Positions 19,688 through 27,524 of a DNA stretch of 64,000 bases are shown one piece after another. The DNA comes from an uncultured Heliobacteriaceae bacterium (GTDB taxonomy: Bacteria > Acidobacteriota > Blastocatellia > RBC074): contig CAZWAK010000010.1 of NCBI GenBank assembly GCA_964631865.1, positions 10,949-74,948 on the forward strand, given 5' to 3'. Below the pieces are notes generated by a model. That model had not been told where the DNA came from. It saw nothing but the letters and a program-made list of their open reading frames with translations, and ran no database searches. The translations under genes and the position numbers were made by a program. Numbering within the stretch: the stretch's first letter is position 1; each line of letters starts with the position of its first letter.

Positions 19688-19916
19688 GCCACGAATTCCA
19701 CGAATGAGCACGAATTTTTTAAGCTTGAGGATGGGAAGCGTCAGGTTCTCATCTGCACCGAATTGTGGTGGGAGAGGCATTCAACTGAGTTGCTCTCCGC
19801 GAACATAAACGTCAGAGCATAAAAAGACATCCAACTCAATGTCCCACCCCACATAGAATCCAATCTTTCCCCTTCTATGAGAAAAGAAATTCGTGAAGAT
19901 TCGTGGAATTCGTGGC
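19688..19916. repeat. MITE-like element, long variant (~229 bp)
   Basis: Left TIR GCCACGAATTCCACGAATGAGCACGAAT at 19688, right TIR ATTCGTGAAGATTCGTGGAATTCGTGGC at 19890-19916. Confidence 0.75.
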
Positions 19917-20171
19917 AAAACACCTTCTCTCACAACCATGATTGTTCCTTTTTCAAGGAACCGTCACCAAGAAACACGCAACCTTCCTTGCAAAAGAAGC
20001 AACGATGCCAGTTTTCCGAGCAACAATTCCACTAGAAGAAGCAACCTTGTCGGTCAGAATCCCTCGGTTGAATGCTTGAGACCCAACATTCTGTCCAGCA
20101 GATGGTCTTTTCTCTCTTCCACCCCAGGAAATTCGTGCAGATTCAGGGACTTCGTGGCAAAGAAACCAGAA

Positions 20172-20312
20172 GCCACAAATTCCACGAATTTTCACGAAAG
20201 ATTTTGCGATGGGGAAAGGGAACTGAATTCTCTCAAGAGAACACTAGGTGAGGAAAAATATCGCCCTTTCCCTAAGACCAAGAAATTCGTGCAGATTCGT
20301 GGAATTCGTGGC
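20172..20312. repeat. MITE-like element, preceded by a solo degenerate right-TIR at 20136-20168
   Basis: AGCCACAAATTCCACGAATTTTCACGAA ... AATTCGTGCAGATTCGTGGAATTCGTGGC. Confidence 0.7.
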
Positions 20313-20397
20313 AAAAATAAAACATTCCTGTGCTATGCTCCGCCGTGCAACCCGCTCGTAGGCCCCCTCCAAATCTCTTTTCCTATGGAGGTAAAGC

Positions 20398-20868
20398 ATG
20401 CCTGAATCAATCAGCGCCACCTTATCGGCAACGACACGAGACGAAATTCTCACTGATATCAACGCGATCAAACAGCAACTGCCGTTTTTGATAGACCTGA
20501 CGACCGAAGAGCGGCGCGGCTTAACAAAAATGGGCGACAAATCCAGCGCCTTCGTCACCAAAGCGTTAGAGGTCGCCACCCAAAATCCCGACTTCCTGCC
20601 GCGTGCCTTCAACGTCGAAGAAATGCGCAAGGATGTCGAATTGATGCAGATGCTGCAACCGATATTGATGGTAGTGAACCAATTGCAGGATTTGATCGAA
20701 GACACCTATATGCAAGTCGGCAGCGAAGCCTATTCGGCAGCGTTGACCGTGTACAACTACGCCAAGAATTCGCCATCGGGCACAGCGTTAGAAGGCGTCG
20801 CCGAAGAACTCGGTCGCCGCTTCGCGCGCAAGCCACGACAAACGGAAACGAAAACAAACGGCAAGTAA
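20398..20868 (+). CDS. conserved hypothetical protein (156 aa); intact member of a 3-copy family in this window
   Basis: Clean ORF; two truncated paralogous copies at 22540-22748 and 23953-24253 share 85-95% aa identity. Confidence 0.6.
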   Translation: MPESISATLSATTRDEILTDINAIKQQLPFLIDLTTEERRGLTKMGDKSSAFVTKALEVATQNPDFLPRAFNVEEMRKDVELMQMLQPILMVVNQLQDLIEDTYMQVGSEAYSAALTVYNYAKNSPSGTALEGVAEELGRRFARKPRQTETKTNGK

Positions 20869-20877
20869 TAAAGAAGC

Positions 20878-20990
20878 CACGAATTTGACGAATGAACACG
20901 TGTGACCTGGGCCGAAAGAAGAGCGGTCTCTGTACTTCTCAACAAGTAAAGAGAAAAGGCCACCCGTGAAGAGATGTGAAATTCGTGACG
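20878..20990. repeat. degenerate MITE-like element
   Basis: GCCACGAATTTGACGAATGAACACG ... GAAATTCGTGACG; TIRs decayed. Confidence 0.4.
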
Positions 20991-21102
20991 AAAACTTATT
21001 CTCATACAGGTCAATGCCGGGTACCAAACAATCCGCATTGACCTGTTTGCGTAGAGCCATTACTCTTTTCCCTGAAACGAAGCGTGAAAGGGGAACCACC
21101 AA

Positions 21103-21330
21103 ATGTCCGCCGTCGAAGAGAAAATCATAGCGCGCGTCCAAATTCTGTCGCCAGAGAAACAGGCGAAAGTATTGGCGTTTGTCGAAGCGTTGATCCCCGC
21201 CGCAGAGGCTTCCTGGCTGGATCAAATCAGTGCCATTTTTAGTGATATTTCTGAGGAAGAATGGAATCATCTTCCGACAGATGGGGCCGCGAATCTGGAT
21301 CATTATTTGTATGGGGCACCGAAGAAATGA
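21103..21330 (+). CDS. type II antitoxin (VapB-like, DHYLYG C-terminal motif)
   Basis: 75 aa, acidic; 4-bp ATGA overlap with downstream PIN gene; C-terminus DHYLYGAPKK also seen in antitoxins at 22906 and 48570. Confidence 0.6.
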   Translation: MSAVEEKIIARVQILSPEKQAKVLAFVEALIPAAEASWLDQISAIFSDISEEEWNHLPTDGAANLDHYLYGAPKK

Positions 21331-21734
21331 CGCCGCTTTTCGTAGATGCAAACTACTGGGTAGCTTTCATTAATCCCAAAGATCAGTGGCATGCCAGAGC
21401 GGTGACCGTTGGCACGGCAGTGGCGCAGAGGCCATGGGTAATGACCGAATCTGTCTTGATTGAAGTGTTAAATTACTTTGGCGAATTCGGAGAGAAGTTT
21501 CGTTTGCGAAGTGCGCAGATGATCCAAATGGTGGTGAACTCCTCCAAGCTCGAAGTGGTGGAGCAAACCCGCGCGAGCTTTCTCGCCGGAGTGGAGCTAT
21601 ATCAGGCACGCCCCGATAAAGGCTATAGTCTGACAGATTGTATTACGATGAACCTGATGCGGGAGCGCAATATCACGGAAATCCTGACCCATGACCATCA
21701 TTTTACCCAGGAAGGATTCACCATTCTGCTCTAG
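21327..21734 (+). CDS. vapC: PIN-domain toxin VapC
   Basis: N-terminal FVDANYWVAF (PIN Asp), LTDCITMNLM, THDHHFTQEGF; start moved to ATG at 21327 overlapping antitoxin stop. Confidence 0.8.
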   Translation: MTPLFVDANYWVAFINPKDQWHARAVTVGTAVAQRPWVMTESVLIEVLNYFGEFGEKFRLRSAQMIQMVVNSSKLEVVEQTRASFLAGVELYQARPDKGYSLTDCITMNLMRERNITEILTHDHHFTQEGFTILL

Positions 21735-21816
21735 GCTAAAACACGTGCCAGCAAAATCTGGTTGTTTGCAATTCTGTGATCTCCGGGTGGAAAGACGCGC
21801 GCAAGGATGAGGAAAG

Positions 21817-21846
21817 AAATTCGTGAACATTCGTGAAATTCGTGGC
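21817..21846. repeat. solo right-hand TIR of MITE family (AAATTCGTGAACATTCGTGAAATTCGTGGC)
   Basis: read directly; no left partner within 200 bp. Confidence 0.6.
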
Positions 21847-21859
21847 AAACTGAATAACA

Positions 21860-22093
21860 ATGAAGCAGGAAACCCTGATAAACCGAATCACTTTTAATCC
21901 CAACCAATGCGGTGGGCGTCCCTGCATTCGCGGCATGCGGATTCGTGTTAAAGATGTGCTGGACATGTTAGCGGGAGGCGCATCCGAGCAGGAGATATTG
22001 CAAGATTTCCCCTATTTAGAAGCCGCCGATATTCGAGCCTGTTTAGAATATGCCGCCGCACAAGTTGACCATGCGGTCGTATTGGCGGCGTGA
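21860..22093 (+). CDS. DUF433 family antitoxin-like protein
   Basis: CGGRPCIRGMRIRVKDVLDMLAGGASEQEILQDFPYLEAADIRACLEYAA matches DUF433 consensus (GG.P.IrGTRI.V..vl..la.G.s.eeIl.dYP.L..eDI.aaL.YA). Confidence 0.7.
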   Translation: MKQETLINRITFNPNQCGGRPCIRGMRIRVKDVLDMLAGGASEQEILQDFPYLEAADIRACLEYAAAQVDHAVVLAA

Positions 22094-22124
22094 TCAAGAA
22101 TGAGAACGGTAAGTACATTGCGGG

Positions 22125-22454
22125 ATGAAATTTCTTGTGGATGCCCAATTACCGCCTGCCCTAGCGCGTTGGTTAGTCGCGCAGGGATCTGAAGCGCAAC
22201 ACGTTGAAGAATTGGGATTGCGGGACGCCGAAGACCGGGAAATTTGGACAGAGGCGATGAAGCTGAACGCGATTATTGTGACGAAAGATGAAGATTTTGC
22301 TGTTCGTGCAGGACGAGAACCCTTTTCTCCTGTGATTGTTTGGTTAAGAATTGGAAATGCCACGAATCGGGTACTGCTGCAATGGCTGGAACCTCGCTGG
22401 GGACAAGTCGTAACGCTGCTGACAGCAGGGCACCGATTAATTGAGGTTCGATGA
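22125..22454 (+). CDS. DUF5615 (Mut7-C/PIN-like) putative toxin partner of DUF433
   Basis: MKFLVDAQLPPALARWL...IVTKDEDF pattern typical of DUF5615; immediately downstream of DUF433 gene. Confidence 0.6.
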   Translation: MKFLVDAQLPPALARWLVAQGSEAQHVEELGLRDAEDREIWTEAMKLNAIIVTKDEDFAVRAGREPFSPVIVWLRIGNATNRVLLQWLEPRWGQVVTLLTAGHRLIEVR

Positions 22455-22503
22455 GGGCGGCAGGCAGAATAGAAGAAGCGCCGTGCAGCTTCGATGAGAA
22501 AAG

Positions 22504-22533
22504 AAATTCGTGCCCATTCGTGGAATTCGTGGC
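22504..22533. repeat. solo right TIR of MITE family fused to truncated gene copy
   Basis: AAATTCGTGCCCATTCGTGGAATTCGTGGC followed by AAAAAAATGCCACCCAAAATCCCGAC. Confidence 0.65.
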
Positions 22534-22539
22534 AAAAAA

Positions 22540-22748
22540 ATGCCACCCAAAATCCCGACTTCCTGCCGCGCGCCTTCAACATCGAAGAAATGCGCAAGGA
22601 CAGCGAAGCCTATTCGGCAGCATTGACCGTCTACAACTACGCCAAGAGTTCGCCGTCAGGCACCGCATTGGAAGGCGTGGCGGAAGAATTAGGCCGCCGC
22701 TTCGCGCGCAAGCCACGACAAACGGAAACGAAAACAAACGGCAAATAA
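22540..22748 (+). pseudogene. truncated paralog of the 20398..20868 gene (N-terminus missing, internal ~29-aa deletion)
   Basis: ...TQNPDFLPRAFNIEEMRKD//SEAYSAALTVYNYAKSSPSGTALEGVAEELGRRFARKPRQTETKTNGK aligns to C-terminal half of 20398 ORF; junction with repeat at GCCAC. Confidence 0.65.
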
Positions 22749-22754
22749 TCATTC

Positions 22755-22880
22755 GCCACGAATTTCACGAAAGAACACGAATTCTTGAGGGAGAGAGAGT
22801 TGTGAGTATTTCCGCTAAGAAGAAAGTCCACAGCTTACTTGAACAAAAGCCCATTCGTGAAAATTCGTGAAATTCGTGGC
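22755..22880. repeat. MITE-like element (near-identical to copy at 23732-23857)
   Basis: GCCACGAATTTCACGAAAGAACACGAAT ... ATTCGTGAAAATTCGTGAAATTCGTGGC. Confidence 0.8.
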
Positions 22881-22905
22881 AAACTATTCTCATCCGTAGT
22901 TATTT

Positions 22906-23220
22906 GTGAGATGGATGGCAAACAAGATTATGGCAACACCCTCAATCATCGAAGTTCAACAAGGAATTTGGATTGATGCAGCTTTGTTAGAAGAAGCAGG
23001 ACTGAGCGAACAGTATCGGATTGTCGTTGAGCCGGGAAGTATCCGTATTCTTCCTTTGACCAAACCAACTGTGCGCGAAACCGCATTGGCTCCAGCGTGG
23101 GAAACATTCCGTCAGATGGGGACGGGCGCACAGTCTGGGACTTTATCCAACACGGCAGCCCAGCATGACAAATATTTATATGGGGGGGACGCTAATATCG
23201 CAGGTGATGAGCCAGCATGA
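22906..23220 (+). CDS. type II antitoxin (VapB-like; start may be 22915 or 22930)
   Basis: C-terminal DKYLYGGD motif like the other two antitoxins; 4-bp overlap with downstream PIN gene. Confidence 0.55.
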   Translation: MRWMANKIMATPSIIEVQQGIWIDAALLEEAGLSEQYRIVVEPGSIRILPLTKPTVRETALAPAWETFRQMGTGAQSGTLSNTAAQHDKYLYGGDANIAGDEPA

Positions 23221-23633
23221 TCTCCATTTTTGTAGATACCAGTGCCTGGGCCGCGATTGCCGATAGCGCCGATCAATATCATGAAGTGGCCTTGCTCGTG
23301 CAGGAAGAAATCGCAGGAAAATATCAGTTAGTCATCAGCAATTACATTCTGGATGAAGCGTTTACCTTACTTTTGATGAATGTCGGGTATCAACGTACTT
23401 TTGAGTTCAAACAGAAGCTGGAGGTATTGATACAGGCAGGGATTTTGCAGGTCGTTTGGGTGACAGCGGAGTTCGCCGAAGAGGCTTGGCAGGTCTTCGA
23501 ACAGTTCAATACAGACAAGCACTGGTCTTTCACGGATTGTGTTTCTTATGTGGTGATGAAGCGATATGGCATTGTGGAAGCCTTTACCTTTGATCACCAT
23601 TTCAAGCAGATGGGCTTCCTGTGCCATCCTTGA
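23217..23633 (+). CDS. vapC: PIN-domain toxin VapC
   Basis: IFVDTSAWAAI, SFTDCVSYVVM, FTFDHHFKQMGF. Confidence 0.8.
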   Translation: MISIFVDTSAWAAIADSADQYHEVALLVQEEIAGKYQLVISNYILDEAFTLLLMNVGYQRTFEFKQKLEVLIQAGILQVVWVTAEFAEEAWQVFEQFNTDKHWSFTDCVSYVVMKRYGIVEAFTFDHHFKQMGFLCHP

Positions 23634-23731
23634 AAGTACGTCCTAGTCGGATTGATAGAGGTCGTGCAACTATCCGAATAAACTGCGAGTCACGCCAGAC
23701 GGAAGCGAAAACGAACGGCAAATAATGATTC

Positions 23732-23857
23732 GCCACGAATTCCACGAATCTGCACGAATTCTTGCGGGAAAGAAAGTTGTGAGTATTTCCGCTAAGAAGA
23801 AAGTCCACAGCTTACTTGAACAAAAGCCCATTCGTGAAAATTCGTGAAATTCGTGGC
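23732..23857. repeat. MITE-like element preceded (23690-23730) by a ~35-bp relic of the 3' end of the 20398-family gene
   Basis: acggaagcgaaaacgaacggcaaataatg matches ...ETKTNGK-stop of 22540 copy, then GCCACGAATTCCACGAATCTGCACGAAT...ATTCGTGAAATTCGTGGC. Confidence 0.8.
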
Positions 23858-23952
23858 AGAAAAACCCATCCATCACAGTCCCCGAAGTTAGAATTAAACT
23901 GCTTCCCCTCGATAAGAAAAGAAATTCGTGCAGATTCGTGGAATTCGTGGCA

Positions 23953-24253
23953 AAAAAATGCCATACAAAATCCCGACCTCCTGCCGCGTGCCTTCAACAT
24001 CGAAGAAATGCGCAAGGACGTCGAATTGATGCAAATGCTGCAACCAATTCTGATGGTGATAAACCAATTGCAGGATTTGATCGAAGACACCTATGTGCAA
24101 GTCGGCAGCGAAGCCTACACGGCAGCGTTGACCGTTTATAACTACGCGAAGAATTCGCCATCGGGCACGGCGTTGGAAGGCGTGGCGGAAGAATTGGGCC
24201 GCCGCTTCGCGCGCAAACCACGGACGACGGAACCAAAAACGAATGGGAAATAA
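23953..24253 (+). pseudogene. N-terminally truncated paralog of 20398..20868 gene, fused to solo right TIR at 23921-23951
   Basis: NPDLLPRAFNIEEMRKDVELMQMLQPILMVINQLQDLIEDTYVQVGSEAYTAALTVYNYAKNSPSGTALEGVAEELGRRFARKPRTTEPKTNGK; same GCCA(C/T) junction as copy 2. Confidence 0.65.
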
Positions 24254-24449
24254 GTAGCTCGGAAAACGAAAAACACATAACAAAAGGGAATGACCTCTCT
24301 GCGATCAGAAAGTTTTTCCCTTTTGATTCCTACAGGCCAACGTGTCATGCAGTTCAGCCGACATTGGCCTTTTTTCATAAGCAGCAATTGCCCCTATACT
24401 TCCAAATGGCCCAGGTCCTGGAGTCGTCAATATTTTGAGAGACTATTCG

Positions 24450-25454
24450 ATGTTAGCCAAGAAATCCATACTAATTACGGGAGGAACAGGCTCTTTCGGC
24501 AAAGCCTTTGTCGAGACTGTTTTGGCCCGCTATCCTGACATTAATCGGCTTGTGGTGTACTCGCGCGATGAGTTAAAGCAATTTGAGATGGAGCAGCAGT
24601 TTTCATCCGAGGAGTACCCGAATCTCAGATACTTTATTGGTGACGTGCGAGATGGCGCGCGCTTGCGCCGCGCGCTTGAAGGCATTGATGTTGTGGTTCA
24701 TGCTGCAGCATTAAAGCAGGTTCCAGCCGCTGAATACAATCCATTTGAGTGTATAAAGACGAATATCTTTGGAGCGCAGAATCTTATTGAAACTTGTCTG
24801 GATGCGAACGTAAATCGTATAGTCGCACTATCCACTGATAAGGCGGCGGCCCCCATCAATCTTTATGGGGCAACAAAGCTTTGTTCGGATAAATTGTTTG
24901 TTGCCGCGAATAACATCAAAGGCAGCCGGGACGCGCGGTTTAGCGTTGTTCGTTATGGGAATGTAATGGGCAGTCGCGGTTCGGTAATCCCTTTTTTCCT
25001 GAAGAAACGAGCCAGCAAAGTTTTACCTATAACTGATCCCACAATGACGCGATTTAATATAACCCTGCAAGAAGGGGTAGATATGGTGTTATGGGCATTG
25101 GAAAATGCCTGGGGAGGGGAAGTATTCGTTCCTAAAATACCATCTTATCGAATCTTGGATTTAGCCCAAGCTATTGGCCCAGATTGCGAACATCCCATTA
25201 TAGGCGTGCGTCCTGGCGAGAAAATCCACGAAGAAATGATCACATCCAGCGATAGCTACAACACGGTTGATTTAAGCCATTATTATGCCATCTTACCTGT
25301 TGGTGGTAATTACAGTATTGCAGAATACTGTAAGGCGACTGGGGCAAAACCGGTTGAGCGAGGGTTCTGCTACAATAGCGGCGATAATGAACAGTTTTTG
25401 ACCGTTCATGAATTACGGAAGTTGATTCGGGCGCATGTTGATTCTACCCTGTAA
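24450..25454 (+). CDS. pseB: UDP-N-acetylglucosamine 4,6-dehydratase (inverting) / 5-epimerase, PseB (FlaA1/CapD short form)
   Basis: ILITGGTGSFGKAFV Rossmann, YxxxK SDR motifs, length ~335 aa, followed by PseC. Confidence 0.85.
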   Translation: MLAKKSILITGGTGSFGKAFVETVLARYPDINRLVVYSRDELKQFEMEQQFSSEEYPNLRYFIGDVRDGARLRRALEGIDVVVHAAALKQVPAAEYNPFECIKTNIFGAQNLIETCLDANVNRIVALSTDKAAAPINLYGATKLCSDKLFVAANNIKGSRDARFSVVRYGNVMGSRGSVIPFFLKKRASKVLPITDPTMTRFNITLQEGVDMVLWALENAWGGEVFVPKIPSYRILDLAQAIGPDCEHPIIGVRPGEKIHEEMITSSDSYNTVDLSHYYAILPVGGNYSIAEYCKATGAKPVERGFCYNSGDNEQFLTVHELRKLIRAHVDSTL

Positions 25455-25465
25455 TACTTGATTTT

Positions 25466-26629
25466 ATGAGTATCATTCCCTATGGCCGCCAAGACATTTC
25501 TGAAGCGGACATTCAGGCGGTAGTAGACGTCTTGCGTTCGGATTTCCTTACTCAAGGACCTGCTGTCCCCGCTTTTGAAAATGCGGTTGCTTCATATTGT
25601 AAGGCAAAACATGCCGTAGCGGTTAATAGTGCCACCTCGGCTTTACATCTCGCCTGTTTGGCGCTTGGGATTGGGAAAGGGGATGTTGTTTGGACCAGTC
25701 CAATTACCTTTGTTGCCAGTGCTAATTGCGCATTATATTGCGGCGCTGATGTGGATTTTGTTGATATAGACCCGCGCACATATAACTTGAGTGTCGCGCA
25801 ACTAGCAGAAAAACTAGAACTGGCCGAAAAATCAGGTTGTTTGCCTAAGGTCGTCATTCCAGTACATTTATGTGGCCAGTCCTGCGATATGAAAGGCATT
25901 TATGCGCTCGGTCAACGTTATGGCTTCAAGATTATTGAAGATGCCTCGCACGCAATCGGCGGAAAATACTGTGGAGAGCCAATCGGTAACTGTCGTTACA
26001 GCGACATTACAATTTTTAGCTTTCATCCAGTCAAAATTATCACCACTGCTGAAGGCGGGATGGCGCTAACGAATGATGACCAATTGGCGAAGCGCATGCA
26101 ATTACTCCGCAGTCATGGGATTACTCGTGATACAAACGAGATGACGCAAGAAGCGGATGGGGCGTGGTACTATCAACAGCTTGATTTAGGTTTTAATTAT
26201 CGTATGACGGATATCCAAGCTGCCCTGGGTTTGAGCCAAATGGCACGATTGGATGATTTCGTAGCAAAGCGGCATTCTATCGCTAGGTATTATGATGAGT
26301 GTCTAATTGATCTTCCTTTAATTACGCCCTGGCAACATTCGCATTGTTATTCTGGGCTTCACTTATATGTAATAAGACTAAAAGCAAGCGATATTCATAA
26401 AACCCATCGGGAAGTGTTCAATGACTTACGGTCTGCCGGCGTAGGTGTGAACTTGCATTATATACCTGTCTATTTGCAACCTTATTATAAGCAATTGGGT
26501 TTTCAGCCGGGATACTGTAAGGAAGCAGAGCAGTATTATGCAGAAGCCATTAGCTTACCAATGTATTCGGGCCTATCACTATCGTTTCAAAATCAAGTTA
26601 TAGAAACTGTTAAGCATAATTTGGGCTGA
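25466..26629 (+). CDS. pseC: UDP-4-amino-4,6-dideoxy-N-acetyl-beta-L-altrosamine transaminase, PseC (DegT family)
   Basis: MSIIPYGRQDISEADIQAV..VLRSDFLTQGP is the canonical PseC N-terminus; PLP-Lys region SFHPVKII. Confidence 0.8.
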   Translation: MSIIPYGRQDISEADIQAVVDVLRSDFLTQGPAVPAFENAVASYCKAKHAVAVNSATSALHLACLALGIGKGDVVWTSPITFVASANCALYCGADVDFVDIDPRTYNLSVAQLAEKLELAEKSGCLPKVVIPVHLCGQSCDMKGIYALGQRYGFKIIEDASHAIGGKYCGEPIGNCRYSDITIFSFHPVKIITTAEGGMALTNDDQLAKRMQLLRSHGITRDTNEMTQEADGAWYYQQLDLGFNYRMTDIQAALGLSQMARLDDFVAKRHSIARYYDECLIDLPLITPWQHSHCYSGLHLYVIRLKASDIHKTHREVFNDLRSAGVGVNLHYIPVYLQPYYKQLGFQPGYCKEAEQYYAEAISLPMYSGLSLSFQNQVIETVKHNLG

Positions 26630-26633
26630 AGAA

Positions 26634-27524
26634 ATGTTTGCTACGACATTGCGACCAAGTCGTTTTGCCATTGGAACAGCTCAATTTGGGTTTCCCTATG
26701 GCATCGCCAATCGAGAAGGTCAAGTTAGCCAAGAGACTGCCAGAGCTATACTAAATATAGCAGCCACAAATGGTATTGATACTCTTGATACTGCCATTGC
26801 GTATGGTGAGAGTGAAGCATGTCTAGGAGAAATCGGTACGCAAGGCTTTAAAGTAGTTACTAAAGTACCCCGTATACCAGACAGAGTTTCAGATATAAGA
26901 GGTTGGATAGGAGAGCAATTTTCAGCCTCGCTGTTACGCCTTAGTTTAAATGCAGTATACGGGCTATTGTTGCATGACCCTAATCAGTTGTTGGGAGCTA
27001 ATGGAAAGGCGCTTTATGAATCTTTGAAAGATTTGAAAGAGACCAATAAAGTAAAAAAGATAGGCGTTTCTGTTTACTCGCCAGATGAGTTAGAACCAAT
27101 AATGTCTCGATATCGGTTTGAGTTGATCCAGGCTCCATTGAACCTGCTGGACCGCCGGCTGCATACTTCTGGTTGGTCGAGACGGTTGAAAGATAGTGGC
27201 ATTGAAATTCATACCCGGTCGGCCTTTTTGCAAGGCCTGCTGCTGATGGCGAAAACGGCCATTCCCGCAAAATTTTCACGCTGGGAAAGCATCTTCGAAG
27301 CGTGGCATAACTGGCTTGCAGGTCAAGGCAGATCGGCAGTGAAAGCTTGCTTGGCCTATCCATTATCCTTGCCAGAGGTTGACCGTGTTGTAATAGGCGT
27401 AGAAAACGTGAGACAGTTAAACCAAATTATCAGCGTGGAAGCTGCAGGCTCTAATGATGAATTGCCAGACCTTCGCTGCGAGGATGAAGACCTAATTAAT
27501 CCGTCCCGATGGAATCGCTTATGA
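26634..27524 (+). CDS. aldo/keto reductase family oxidoreductase
   Basis: FAIGTAQFGFPYGIANREG...DTAIAYGESE AKR signature; embedded in Pse cluster. Confidence 0.75.
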   Translation: MFATTLRPSRFAIGTAQFGFPYGIANREGQVSQETARAILNIAATNGIDTLDTAIAYGESEACLGEIGTQGFKVVTKVPRIPDRVSDIRGWIGEQFSASLLRLSLNAVYGLLLHDPNQLLGANGKALYESLKDLKETNKVKKIGVSVYSPDELEPIMSRYRFELIQAPLNLLDRRLHTSGWSRRLKDSGIEIHTRSAFLQGLLLMAKTAIPAKFSRWESIFEAWHNWLAGQGRSAVKACLAYPLSLPEVDRVVIGVENVRQLNQIISVEAAGSNDELPDLRCEDEDLINPSRWNRL

